From the NCBI GenBank assembly GCA_016208685.1, contig JACQXM010000023.1, positions 2,203 through 66,202 on the forward strand: DNA of 64,000 nt, in the 5' to 3' direction. The notes under the pieces are model-generated. The model saw nothing but the letters and a program-made list of their open reading frames with translations, was not told the origin of the DNA and ran no database searches. This document shows positions 18,623 through 29,200 of the stretch, piece by piece. The position numbers and the translations under genes are program-made. This stretch comes from Planctomycetota bacterium (GTDB lineage Bacteria; Planctomycetota; Phycisphaerae; UBA1845). Position 1 is the stretch's first letter; the number at the start of each line of letters is the position of its first letter.

Positions 18623-21154
18623 TCACGGATCCAGCAGGTAGACCTGGATGATGGTCACGAACGCCGTTTGTGGGACGACGATGCGGAACGTCGCAATCGA
18701 TTCATCCACGTTGAACCGCGCGTCAACGGTCTGTAGATCACCGGTCTGTCCGGTGTTGTCCGGCAGGGAGTCGAACGTCGCGGTGTCGATCACGTTGCCC
18801 GCCGCGTCCAGCGCCTGCACCTGCATGGGACTGCTCTGCGACAGGTTGAACCCGCTCAACGGTGCAATGCGCAAGCCGCCGATCACCCCGGGCTCACCAG
18901 CGTCCAGCATGAGCGTCGAGGCGTCGATGTCCAGCATGCCATTGGCGATTCCGATATGCGGCGGATCGTCACCGCGCCGGTAGTTGACGTTGTTGCCGTC
19001 GACGAACTCAACCGACAGGGTGCCGATCTGCGTGGTGTTGTCCTGCTCGAACACCGGGCCCTCATACGAGCCCGGCGTGATCGCGCCGTCCGTGGCCGGC
19101 ACGAACGCAAAGCCGAAGCAGTAGAGGAACACCGGGGACGCTTCGCCGTCCGCCCCATCGACGCCGGGCAACTCGACTTCAACGCCGGCGGCACCCGCGG
19201 TGGTTCCGGCGCCGCCCGCGCCTGCGGTCGCTGTCGCGCCGCCGCCCGCGCCGCCGGAGCCTGGTGTACCGAACCCGCTGTCGCCTCCGTTGCCGCCGTT
19301 GCCACCGTTGGCGGTGGCGTCTCCGCCCGCGCCGCCCGTGGCGCCACCCGCGCCGTCATTGGCCGCGCTTCCGCCGGCGCCGCCGGTAGCGGTAGCCGCG
19401 CCGCCCGCGCCTCCGTCGCCGCCGTCATCGAACTTGCAATCTCCTCCGTCACCACCGGCTCCGCCGTTGGCCGTCGCCGCCCCGCCCGCGCCACCGGTCA
19501 CCGCACCGGTGGTTACGGGCAGCGTCCCTACCGACAGAGATGCGTCACCGCCCTTTCCGCCGGTGGCCGCCGCCGCCCCACCCCCACTGCCGTCGCAGCA
19601 AGCCGTACCATCGCCTCCATCGCAGGCCGTCGCGTCCGCTGCGCCGCCCGCACCCCCGGAAACCGGCCCGAAGGTGATGTTGGCCACACCGGCCACGTTC
19701 CCGCGAACGAAGAGACGCTTCTTGTTGTCGCCGCCCTTCCCGCCGGTGGCCGTGGACGCCTCGCCGGCGGCCCCGGGGCAGCCATTGGCACCAGGCGCGC
19801 CGGCGACCACCGTGGCAGCCCCGCCGTTCCCACCCCGGCCGGCGTTGATGGTCAACGTACCGGCCGTCAGGTCGATGCCGCCCGCCGCGGTCATACGAAG
19901 GTTCCCGGAGTTCCCCCCGTTGCCGCCGGTCGCTGACGCACACGCGGCCGTCGCGTCGCCGCCGTCACCTCCGTCGGTGAGGTTCAGCACCACATTGTTG
20001 ACGATGTTGATGGCGCCGCCGTCGTTGCGGATGTTAAGCCGCATGCCGTTTCTGCCGTTGCCACCGCTGGCGTTGTCACCACCGTCCATGCTCTCATCCG
20101 CGGACGGGCCGGCCGGCGCGGGGGGCCCGTTGACGGTCCAATTGTTCAGGTTGACATCCCGCGGTCCCGTGAAGCGGAAGATGACCACCGGGCGATCGCC
20201 GGGAGGCGGAGCCGCGCCGGCCGGGGGCCAGACACCTGTCACGGTCACCGGAGGCAGAGCACCGGCCTGCAAGACCGGGCCTGGCTTTACCTTCGGCGCG
20301 CCGTCGGCGAACGCCGGGTTATCCGGCGGCAGCGGAACCAACGTCGGAAGATCATCACCGCCGACATCCTCGACTTCGTCGAAGAACTCGCCGGGCGTGC
20401 GCATCAGCGTCGACTGGTCGTCGGTAATCAGCACGTTGCCCACCGTTTCCAGCACCGCGTTCGAGCTGAGAGTCACCGCCCCGTCTCCGACGATGATGTG
20501 GATGCCCACCGGCTGTTCCGCTAAGGACCTGGTATCGTTGCCGGTGTCGGGAGCGGCGCCGTTGGCGCGAATGGTGCCGTCAATCGTGAGCGCCCCATCG
20601 ACGCGGAGGGTGACCTTCCCCGCCTCTGCCTCCAGCGTGCCGTTGATGGCGGCATCGCCGGTAACCGTAACCACCGCGTCGTTCTCCACGCGCACCAATT
20701 CGCCCGCCGCCACTGTGAGGGATGCTTCCGTAACGTCTTCGCTGATGATCCGGTCCGGTTGCGCCGCGGTAACCATGATGGAGACGGTGGCCGCGGAGCT
20801 CTCCTCAGCACCGTCGCTGACGCGAAAAGTGAAAGTATCCGGACCGGTGTAACCGGACGCCGGAGTGTAGACGACCGCCCGGCCGGAGTCGGGCAGTGTG
20901 TGCGGCACTTGAGTGATCGCGGCGCCTCCGGGCTCGGCCAGTGTTCCCTGCGATGGAAGGGCGCCGATGATGAACACCAGGATGTCATCGGGGTCTGGGT
21001 CGCTCGCCGAAAGCGTGATGGTGGTGGCCGTGTTCGGCGCCGCCATGACCTCCTGGTTGGAGGCCGTGGGGGGCGCATTTCCCACGATGCCGTTGACCGG
21101 GCAGCCGCCGAGGTTGGCCGCGCACACGGTACCCAGAAGGCCGAGAAGGGTCAT
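18623..21154 (-). CDS. glycine-rich (PGRS/RTX-like) surface lipoprotein with N-terminal cadherin/Ig-like domain
   Basis: The ATG at 21154 gives a lipoprotein signal (MTLLGLLGTVCAANLGGC). An Ig/cadherin-like segment follows (TITLSASDPDPDDILVF...YTGPDTFTFRVSDG). Next is a ~330-aa GGxGGx/GGxGxD-rich region (GGAGGAATANGGAGGDGGD, GGAGGDATANGGNGGNGGD), then a distinct C-terminal domain. Confidence 0.7.
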   Translation of the reverse strand: MTLLGLLGTVCAANLGGCPVNGIVGNAPPTASNQEVMAAPNTATTITLSASDPDPDDILVFIIGALPSQGTLAEPGGAAITQVPHTLPDSGRAVVYTPASGYTGPDTFTFRVSDGAEESSAATVSIMVTAAQPDRIISEDVTEASLTVAAGELVRVENDAVVTVTGDAAINGTLEAEAGKVTLRVDGALTIDGTIRANGAAPDTGNDTRSLAEQPVGIHIIVGDGAVTLSSNAVLETVGNVLITDDQSTLMRTPGEFFDEVEDVGGDDLPTLVPLPPDNPAFADGAPKVKPGPVLQAGALPPVTVTGVWPPAGAAPPPGDRPVVIFRFTGPRDVNLNNWTVNGPPAPAGPSADESMDGGDNASGGNGRNGMRLNIRNDGGAINIVNNVVLNLTDGGDGGDATAACASATGGNGGNSGNLRMTAAGGIDLTAGTLTINAGRGGNGGAATVVAGAPGANGCPGAAGEASTATGGKGGDNKKRLFVRGNVAGVANITFGPVSGGAGGAADATACDGGDGTACCDGSGGGAAAATGGKGGDASLSVGTLPVTTGAVTGGAGGAATANGGAGGDGGDCKFDDGGDGGAGGAATATGGAGGSAANDGAGGATGGAGGDATANGGNGGNGGDSGFGTPGSGGAGGGATATAGAGGAGTTAGAAGVEVELPGVDGADGEASPVFLYCFGFAFVPATDGAITPGSYEGPVFEQDNTTQIGTLSVEFVDGNNVNYRRGDDPPHIGIANGMLDIDASTLMLDAGEPGVIGGLRIAPLSGFNLSQSSPMQVQALDAAGNVIDTATFDSLPDNTGQTGDLQTVDARFNVDESIATFRIVVPQTAFVTIIQVYLLDP

Positions 21155-21718
21155 GCGGGCCGCCGCCGCGCGCGGGAAGCAGGGCTTCCGGCCCGCAAGA
21201 CCGTGTGGCGGCGCGCCAGGGGATCGTCGTTCCGTCAGTGCCATTCTTTTGTCTCCTTACTTCGATGGTCCACAACATTCGCCGGTCGGCCTGCCGCAGG
21301 TGACCGGAAGACTTCCACATGCCCCCGGCAGCGCCGGGGAAAGCCGCGTGACGAGAACCGGTGCCCGTAAGTGTCACCGGCAGCGAAGCGTGACGGGCAG
21401 ACCCCTTTCGAGAGCCTGTTCGGCCCCCGGCACCGTTCCGGCACGCGCCGCACCGGACGGTCCTTGGAATCCACGCCCCGACGCAGCGTAAGCATAGGCC
21501 GTTGAATCCCCGCCGCAAGCGGACTCCCCGCCACCGGTCTTGCGCGGAGTGCATCCCGTCTCGTGTGGCAAGGTTGGCGCTTTCACGACACGCTGCACGC
21601 GTTCAACGGGGGCAATGGAGCCCGCGCCGAGGGGGGCGTCGCGCTGGAAGCGAATCGGCGGGCAAGCGCAGGGTCGCTCCGCGGAGAGTGCGTTGCACGG
21701 AGAAAACGGGGCTCTAGA

Positions 21719-22384
21719 ATGGTCCAGGTGAGCAAAAGTCGTCGAACGCCTCCATCGACTCATCGGGAACCGGCTCGCAGCGCGGCGACCGGAGCGCGCG
21801 GCGTACCGGCTGCCGCGGTCGCGGCGGCCGACTGTAGCGCCCCGCGGGCGGCAGCCTGGATGCACGGCAAGCGCCCGGTGCTGCGATTCGTGCTGCTCTT
21901 CGCGCTGTTCATGCTCGTGTTTCATCTCGTCTGCACGTCGGCATTCATGACCGAGTTGGTGTTCCCGGCGTATCTGCGCTTCAATGCCCGGGTTTCGGGG
22001 AGCATCCTCGGCCTCTTCGAGGACCAGGTGGCGGTTGCGGGGCAGTCCATTCATGGGCGTTACGCACTGACCATCGAGCGCGGCTGCGACGCCATTGAAC
22101 CCTCGGCCCTCTTCCTGTCCGGCGTGCTGGCGTTTCCTTCGACGCTGGTGCGTAAGCTGCCGGGCATGCTGATCGGCACGGTTTGCCTGATGGTGCTGAA
22201 CATGGTGCGCATCATTTCCCTGTTTTACATCGGCGTGTATTGGCCGTCGGCGTTCGAGGTCGCCCATGTGAGCGTGTGGCAGGCGCTGTTCATTTTCTCT
22301 GCCATTGTGTTCTGGGTGCTGTGGGCCGTCTGGTCGATTCGCGAGGTACAACCGGTGCCCCATGCGGCCCCTGAGCAGCGTTAA
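21719..22384 (+). CDS. compact exosortase/archaeosortase-family transpeptidase
   Basis: Polytopic membrane protein carrying the family catalytic residues in order: Cys (IERGCDAIEP), Arg (LNMVRIISLFYIG), His (VAHVSVWQALF). Start is ambiguous between ATG 21719 and ATG 21860. Confidence 0.65.
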   Translation: MVQVSKSRRTPPSTHREPARSAATGARGVPAAAVAAADCSAPRAAAWMHGKRPVLRFVLLFALFMLVFHLVCTSAFMTELVFPAYLRFNARVSGSILGLFEDQVAVAGQSIHGRYALTIERGCDAIEPSALFLSGVLAFPSTLVRKLPGMLIGTVCLMVLNMVRIISLFYIGVYWPSAFEVAHVSVWQALFIFSAIVFWVLWAVWSIREVQPVPHAAPEQR

Positions 22385-23054
22385 CGCCTTCTTTGCGCGC
22401 CTGGTACTCTACTACGGAGTATTCCTGGCTCTGTGGTACTGGGCCGGTGTGGGCGGCGCATACGTCGCGGGGTTCCAGCGCGCCGGTACCGACCTCTTCC
22501 GCGGCCTCGCGAAGATGGGGAGCCGCTGGGTGGTGCTGCTGCTCCCGCCCGAGGCTTCCGACTCGCGCTTCGACACCCAGATGACCTGCCTGAACACCAC
22601 AACCCGCGCCATGGGGCAGCAGCCACTCAATGCGCAGTACCATGGATATGCCCCGACCAGCCTGCTATTGACCCTGGTGCTCGCGTCACCGGTTTCGTGG
22701 CGAAGGCGACTGTGGGCGGCGGCGGCGGGCGTGATTCTCGTCCATCTGTGGATCGCTCTTGGACTGATCTTGATGGCCCTCAAGGGATATTGCACGCCCG
22801 GACCGCTGGCGCACTACAGTGTTGCGCCATGGATGTTCCGCGCCGTGGCGTTCATCACGGAAACCGTGACCGTCTCCACGGCCACCCGTTATGGCGTGAC
22901 GGTGTTCTTCTGGGCGCTGGTCACGTTCCGTCGCGGCGATTGGGCACTGATCGCGCGCCCGGCGCTGCGGGTCGCACAGGGACGGCCGGCCTCCCCGTCG
23001 CGGCCGGTTCGCGGGAAACGCCGCGCGAACGACGAGCCCGGCGCTATGCCATAA
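22362..23054 (+). CDS. polytopic membrane protein overlapping the exosortase gene end (function unknown)
   Basis: The ATG at 22362 overlaps the exosortase 3' end by 23 nt. There are 4-5 hydrophobic segments (LVLYYGVFLALWYWAGVGG, LWAAAAGVILVHLWIALGLILMAL, YGVTVFFWALVTF). No motif recognised. Confidence 0.5.
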   Translation: MRPLSSVNAFFARLVLYYGVFLALWYWAGVGGAYVAGFQRAGTDLFRGLAKMGSRWVVLLLPPEASDSRFDTQMTCLNTTTRAMGQQPLNAQYHGYAPTSLLLTLVLASPVSWRRRLWAAAAGVILVHLWIALGLILMALKGYCTPGPLAHYSVAPWMFRAVAFITETVTVSTATRYGVTVFFWALVTFRRGDWALIARPALRVAQGRPASPSRPVRGKRRANDEPGAMP

Positions 23055-23087
23055 GCCAGGTGCAGCAATGCCTGCGCCGCTGAACGG

Positions 23088-23206
23088 TAGTGTAGTGTCT
23101 CGCGATTGCCTGACCGTATGTGGATCGCTCCCACGCCGAGCTATCGGCCTTCGTGGGGCCGCGCGGGCTCAAAGCCCGCGGCTCGATACGGTCGGACATC
23201 ACCGAG
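23088..23206. repeat. copy of the same MITE-like/REP family (left TIR and hairpin core)
   Basis: GTAGTGTAGTGTCTCGCGATTGCCTGACCGTATGTGGATCGCTCCC...TTCGTGGGGCCGCGCGGGCTCAAAGCCCGCGGCTCGATACGGTCGGA is collinear with 13625-13877 and 18363-18475. Confidence 0.7.
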
Positions 23207-23252
23207 CCCCTACCCCAGGCTTGCGGCCGCAGTGGAGCGGCCCCGCGCACGA

Positions 23253-26200
23253 CTACGGCTTGACCAGCGCCGGCACGATCCACGCGCCGCATAGATAGGA
23301 CCGGTTCCGTTCGTCGTTGAGATCGGCAAGCGCCGTCCAGTCGCGAGGCTCGATTCGCGCGCCGCTGGCGGGCGTGGGTCTCAAGCAACTCCGGAGCGGT
23401 GTGACGCCCACGGCAGCAAAGTCCGCGACTCCGGCCTCCTGGAACTTCTCGTCGACGCCCACGACCACGCCCAGGGTCTTGTCGTATTTGTCTGCCAGGG
23501 GCTTCACGGCCTCCGGCGCGTCACAGGCGGGAAGCAGCGCTTGGGGAACGAGTTGCAGGAGCGGGTCGACCAGCGTCTCCCCCGCGCGGCCCTGCAATCC
23601 CGGCAGTTCTTCGACCTTGCAGAGCCGGCGCAGCGCCGGACCCTCCAGCAGCTCCGCGGGTTGGTTGGGCCGCGTCAGCGCGCTCATACTCCAGATCATC
23701 CCGTAACAATGTTCGGTAGCGCAGAAGTACTCGACGGCGATGGTCGGGGAGACCGTCCCTTTCAGTTTCTTCCGCCGCAGCGCGGTGGCCACATCGACGA
23801 GCGACTTCGCCGTGGGCGTCCCTTCGCCCTTGAGCGCGCCAACCGCCTTCAGAAGGTCGAACGCCGGGCCCAGGTTGGCTCGCAGATCAACGGTTTCCTG
23901 CCCGGCAAGCAGACCCGCGGCCAGCCTCTCCACCTGGTTCCCGGGACCGACCTCGTCCAGCAGCTTCTGGAGCGCCGGCAGCTTGCCGGCGATCGCATCC
24001 AATAGTTCCGGTGTGCAGGTCCAGCCGAATGCACCGGACGAGGTACGGGCGAAGGTCGCCGGTCCCGTGGTCGTCTGCCCCTGTAGACGAGTGGTGAGGT
24101 CAACAGCCGATTTCCCCAACCGCGCCGCAAACGCCGGATCAAGCTCCCATCGTGCCTCGCAGCGAGTGGTCAGGGATGCCGGGGTCTGCCCGGTATACTG
24201 CACCTGCGGCTTGTCGGTCCCCGTGAAGTGCACCACGGGCACGAGTCCCTCGGGCAGCGATGCCCCGGCGCGTGACGCGAGCGCTTCCGAAGCGCCCGCA
24301 CAAAACTCTCCCAGCGGCCGGCCGGAGCGTTGCCCGGGTTGTGCCGTTTCAAGATACGCCACCACGATCGGCCAGTATCCGGGCTTTTCGATCCCCGCGC
24401 GTTCTTTCAGCAGTTGCTCGGCGACCGCTGCCGGCTGGGCGCCCGCGAGCGCCCCCTTTACCGGCAGCACCAGACGCTGCTCCACCGCGCCGGCGCCGGC
24501 CGGAGCCGGTCTCGACGCCCAGGGAGCGGCAACAACCAGCGTCCAGGTGCCGTCCGCGGGTGCCGCCAGCTCCAGGAGCGGTCCCTGGGTGACGGCCCGG
24601 AGCCAGTAGTCGGCGGGTTGCTTCGGGAGTCGGGCGTTGAGCTCGGCGAGAACCGCGTGCGCCAGCGCCGCAGCGTCCCGCTGTGCCCGGGAGGCGTCGT
24701 CCAGCACAAAGGCAAGCGACGCAACATCCCACGCCATGGTCAGGGTGCGGTCCACGAGTCCGGCACATTTCGCCGTCACCAGGAACGCTTCCGCCGGCTC
24801 CGTGATTCGTTGGACAGCGGCGGTCGCCGTACACCCTTCGGGCAGTTCCAACGACGCGGCGCTCACCGTACCGAGCTGCTGGTTCTGCCGCTCCAGCAGT
24901 TTCGCGCGAATGGACTTGGCGATCTCGGCGTCGAGCGTACGCGCGTCCGGTTCCCAGGCGGCGTTGCCGGACGAAACCGCAAGAGGTAGCGACAAGTCAA
25001 CCAGCGCGGTTTCGCCGGCGCCCGCCCCTGTTGTCACACCGACCGCGTGGACGCCGTCGGCGCGCCAGGTTTCATTGGCGGAAAGCGTCCATTGCGCCGG
25101 CCCGTCCACGCGCCACTCCAACGAAGGCGCGTTGAAGAAGTTCGCGGCGGGCGACCGCGCGGCGGCCGCGGAGAGCGCCTGCTGAAGCTGCGGCTTGGCT
25201 GTGGCCAACGACAACAGCGAATCCAGCTTCTTCACTTCGGCGGCGATTTCCGCAGCGCCGGATTCGCTGATCGCGGCCGCGCCGCCGTCCGGCGCCGTCG
25301 CCGCCACGGTCCGCTGTGGGTTAGCAAGCCCCGGGAGTCGATACTTGAGTGCCACCTGCGTGCCCTCAACCGCCGGCACGTCCGGAACGAGCTGCGTGGC
25401 GTGCGGCCGAAGGTGCTGTGAGGCCGAGAGTATACCCCGAAGTTGCGCCACCGCGGGACCAGGGTCGAGCGGTTTCCCCGGCTGTGAAGGCGGCTCGGGC
25501 GGCACGGCGTGTTCGCACGGAACGCCGTCGCCGCGCGGGCGGCCCTTCCAGCGTTCGCAGCAGACAGCGGCGACCTCGGCACAACTCCCGTCGGGGAGAT
25601 CGCATCCCTGGGCGTCGGGACAGACTTCGCCCGGCGCGGCCACGCCGCCAGACTCCTTGGCACACTGCTCCGCGGTCGAGGCCTTGCACGACGGCGCCGT
25701 CGCCGACCCGAAACAGCAGATGACCCGCTGTGCGGTCTGCCCCGGGTCTCCCGCGACCACAGGCGGCGGAGACGGGCGTGGCGGCCGGCCGGACTTCAGG
25801 AACGCCCAGCCGACACCGACGACACCCAGTACGGCCAGAGCCACCCCGGCGAGCATCAACCCCCTCCGCCCCGGGGCCTTCGGTCCGCCAGCCTCCGCGA
25901 CGGCCGGCGCCGGCGGGGCCACCATGAGCCGGGCCAGGATCGCCTCCCAGTCCTCGGCCTGTTGGTAACGAAGCTCCGAGGCATTCCATGCCGCTTTGAG
26001 CACTTCGGGTTCCCGCTTGCGCATGGAAACGCCGAAGCTCACGGCGTCGACAGGTTCGGTGATGCGCGCGGGATTGCCGACCACCTTGGCCCGGGCGCCG
26101 CGGACCCTGCCTTGCAGTTCGTTCTGAAGCTTGTCGCGCGACTCTACCTGCGCGGCGACGATCAGCTTTCGTAGTCCCGCTTCCGCCGGTTTCAAATCGC

Positions 26201-29200
26201 CATTGACCGCGACCTTCCCCACCTGCGTGCAGGTGGCGGTGACGGTGTGCAGGTACTCCGGCTCCGGGCTGCGGTTGGTTCGCAGTTCGACGCGAATCTC
26301 CAGCGGCAGCGACTTGCCCAGGGCTCGAGGCCCGGACAGCGGGGGAACATCCACCTCCAGGTGGATGCGGTCACGATACCGTTGCAGCGCCGGGGAGTGC
26401 TCGAAGAAGGCCGGCCCCACCGTCTTACGCGCCGATTTCGTGACGATGTCGAGGGCATGGCGGGTGAATTCGCCGGCATCCGCGAAGTCCCAGTTCAGCG
26501 CTGAGGGATTCCACACCATGGGTGCCGCAAGTGTGGCATCAGCGACTCCCGCTCCCATCAGGTGGAAGGCCACGGAAATCCGCGGCTCGACGCCGGCCAG
26601 CCGCGACTCGACGCCGGCGTTGGGAAACAAGCCCTTGCGCAGCGGACCGGCGAGGCTCGCGAGCTGCTCCTTCTGCAGTCGCGTCAGAAGGGCGCGCAGG
26701 TGCGCGACCAGGGGCTCGGCCAACACGGCATCGGCGTTGGCGAGTTCCACGGCGTCGCCGCGGATGCGGAATTCGATGGGTAAGGAGAAACCGCTTTCCG
26801 GCAGCGCGCGCCCCTCCGCCTGAACCGACAGCGAGAGCCGCGCCGCGCCCTGCGCGAAGGTCTCCGCGTCCTTGAATTGCACGCCGTCCACGGTCACGGC
26901 CAGCAGTTCGACGGACAGGCAGCCGTGCAGCTCCTGGGCGACGGTGTTGTGAATCGTCGCCCGCAGGTGTTCGCGCAGCAGTCCCGTGTGCGCCTCGCGC
27001 CGCCGTTGGAGCGAATTCTCATGTTCCTGGCGACAGCGCTTGAGCAGTTCATCGGCGCGGGCGGAGAGGCCCTCCGGCGCGTGCTTGAGGTCGGGGCGTT
27101 TCTCAAGCGCCGCGATCGCCTGCGTCCACTTTCCGGACTCCGCCAGTCCGGCCGCAGCATCGAACCACGCCGTCGCCGTGCGCCGCGCCTGTTCGAGCTT
27201 CTGACGTTCCAGCTCCGCGGTCTCGAGCTTGCCCTTGATGACACTTTCGAGCCGCGCCGCCTCCTGGAGCACGTCGTCGGGCCAGTGGGCGACGGTGGGC
27301 TTCTGCGTGAGCACGCGATAGGCGTCGGGCAGCTTCCCGGCGTCATGCAGCTTCTTCGCCTGGCCGAGCCATTCGCGTGCCGCCTGCTGCTGGGTCTGCT
27401 GGTCTCGCGCCTGGCGGACCTTGTCGGCAAGCAACTTCTCCGTGTCCGACACCACTGCCGGCCAAGGCAGCGGCGGCCGCGCGCCCAGGAGCTCTTCCGC
27501 CTTGTCCCATTTTTCCGCGTCCACCGCCCGGCGGACTTTCTCGATCCACTCCTCGGCGCGGCGATGCGCCGCGGCGATGCGTCGTTCCTGTTCCTCCTTG
27601 GCGAGTCGGTCGTTGAATTGCTGATCAAGCGCCGCCGCACGCGAGTCCAGGTCGGGAGGTGGATAACGCAGCGCCGGGCGCTGCCCATGGAGCTTTGGAA
27701 ACGCCTTCTCCCAGCCATCGGCCTTTAGCGCCGCCTCCAGCGCCGACAGCCAATCGTGCGCCGCCTTCGCATCGGCCTGGCGCTCCTCGGTCTCGCGCCT
27801 GGCTTTCTCCTGCGCCTGGCGTTCGCGTTCCTGACGTTCGGCGGCGACCCGCGCCGTGCGCTGCGCCAGGCCGGCGCTCAGCGACTCGCGAGCCCGAGCT
27901 TGTGCCGGATGTATGTCCGGAGGGAGCGCCTCAAGCCGACGGGCGAGTGCCTGCAATTCGGCTTCCGCCCCGCCGGCCGTGTCGTCGATAGCCTCACTCG
28001 CCTGCCTCGCGGTCTGGAGCGCGGACTCCACTTCCTGCAAGCCGTTGAGCCTCGCGGACAGCGTGGCACTCGTCTTTGTCAGGAAGGGGGTGGGGTCGGG
28101 GAGCGAACGCACGGAGTCGAGCAGTTCCCCGGCCTGCGCCCAGTTGTCGCCCTCAAGCAGTTCGGCGGCCCGGGCCAGACGCAGGTGCGCGTCGACGAAG
28201 GCGAGGAGCGCCTGCCCCCGCTGGGCGACCGCCGGTGACAACCCCCTGGTCTCTGCCAACGCCTGGACCGCGGCGCGTTTCTCTGCCCAGTCGACCTGGT
28301 CCCCGGCGCCGCGGCGGAGCTCGTGTTCCAGGGCCTCGAGCTGGCGAGCCAGGATCTCCGTGGGGTCGACCGGCTTGACGCCGTGGCCGGCAAGCTCTTT
28401 AAGCACTTCCGCGGCGGGCGGGCGTTGCTGCGGCAGGTTGGCGAGCATGCGCTCGAGCAGACGACACCAGGTCTGCACGGCGGGTTCCGGCGATTTGCGA
28501 AGGTCGGTACGGCGCGCGCCGGTGTAGCGCAGCGCTCCCATCATCATGCAGGTCTCGACCTCACGGTATGCCCCGGGGTCGTTCAGATAGGGATGGCTGT
28601 GCTCGGCAGCCAGGTGGAGGAGAAACCCCGCGGCGATCACGTCCGACCCCCACTCGAAGGCGGTCATGATCTCCGTGACGCACTTGTGCGGATCGATAAA
28701 GGCGCAGATGCGGTCGTCGCGCGCGTACTCGTCGGGCGACAGCACTTCCCAAACGCCGGTTGCCTGCGGAATCCCCGCCCCGTCGGTGGGCGGCCCCACC
28801 GCGAGGTTCTTGTACGCCTCGGCCCCCAGCGCCGTGCACACCGCCGCCGCGAACCCGAAGTCGGTCACCTTCTCGATGCCCTCCGGCGTGGTCAGGATCA
28901 CGCCGGGACACAGTCCGCCGTGCGCCCGGAGCGGCGCTGCCTCGCCGGAGTGGATCACGCGCAGGGCATCAAAAACCGCCGCCGTCAGCCGCAGCAGGGT
29001 CTGCTCGTCGGCACCCGGCAGATCCGTATTAAAGACCTCCGGCGCCGCGAGCGCCGGCCGCGCGGGCTCGTGCTCGACGTAGAAGCTGCGTTCGTCCTGG
29101 CGCAGTTCGCCCGTAAGCCGCAGCACGTGCAGGGATCGCCCCGCGAGAAGCCGCTGCGCCTCGATCGCCGCGGACAAGGCGCGCGAGAGCTGGTCGGCGC

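Noticed and set aside
19200-20852. 550-aa plus-strand ORF, extremely Pro/Ala/Ser-rich
   Set aside because: It is the antisense of the GGN-rich glycine repeat gene, and NCC codons give Pro/Ala/Ser. It has no start context or domain. The minus-strand gene has a lipoprotein signal and recognisable domains.
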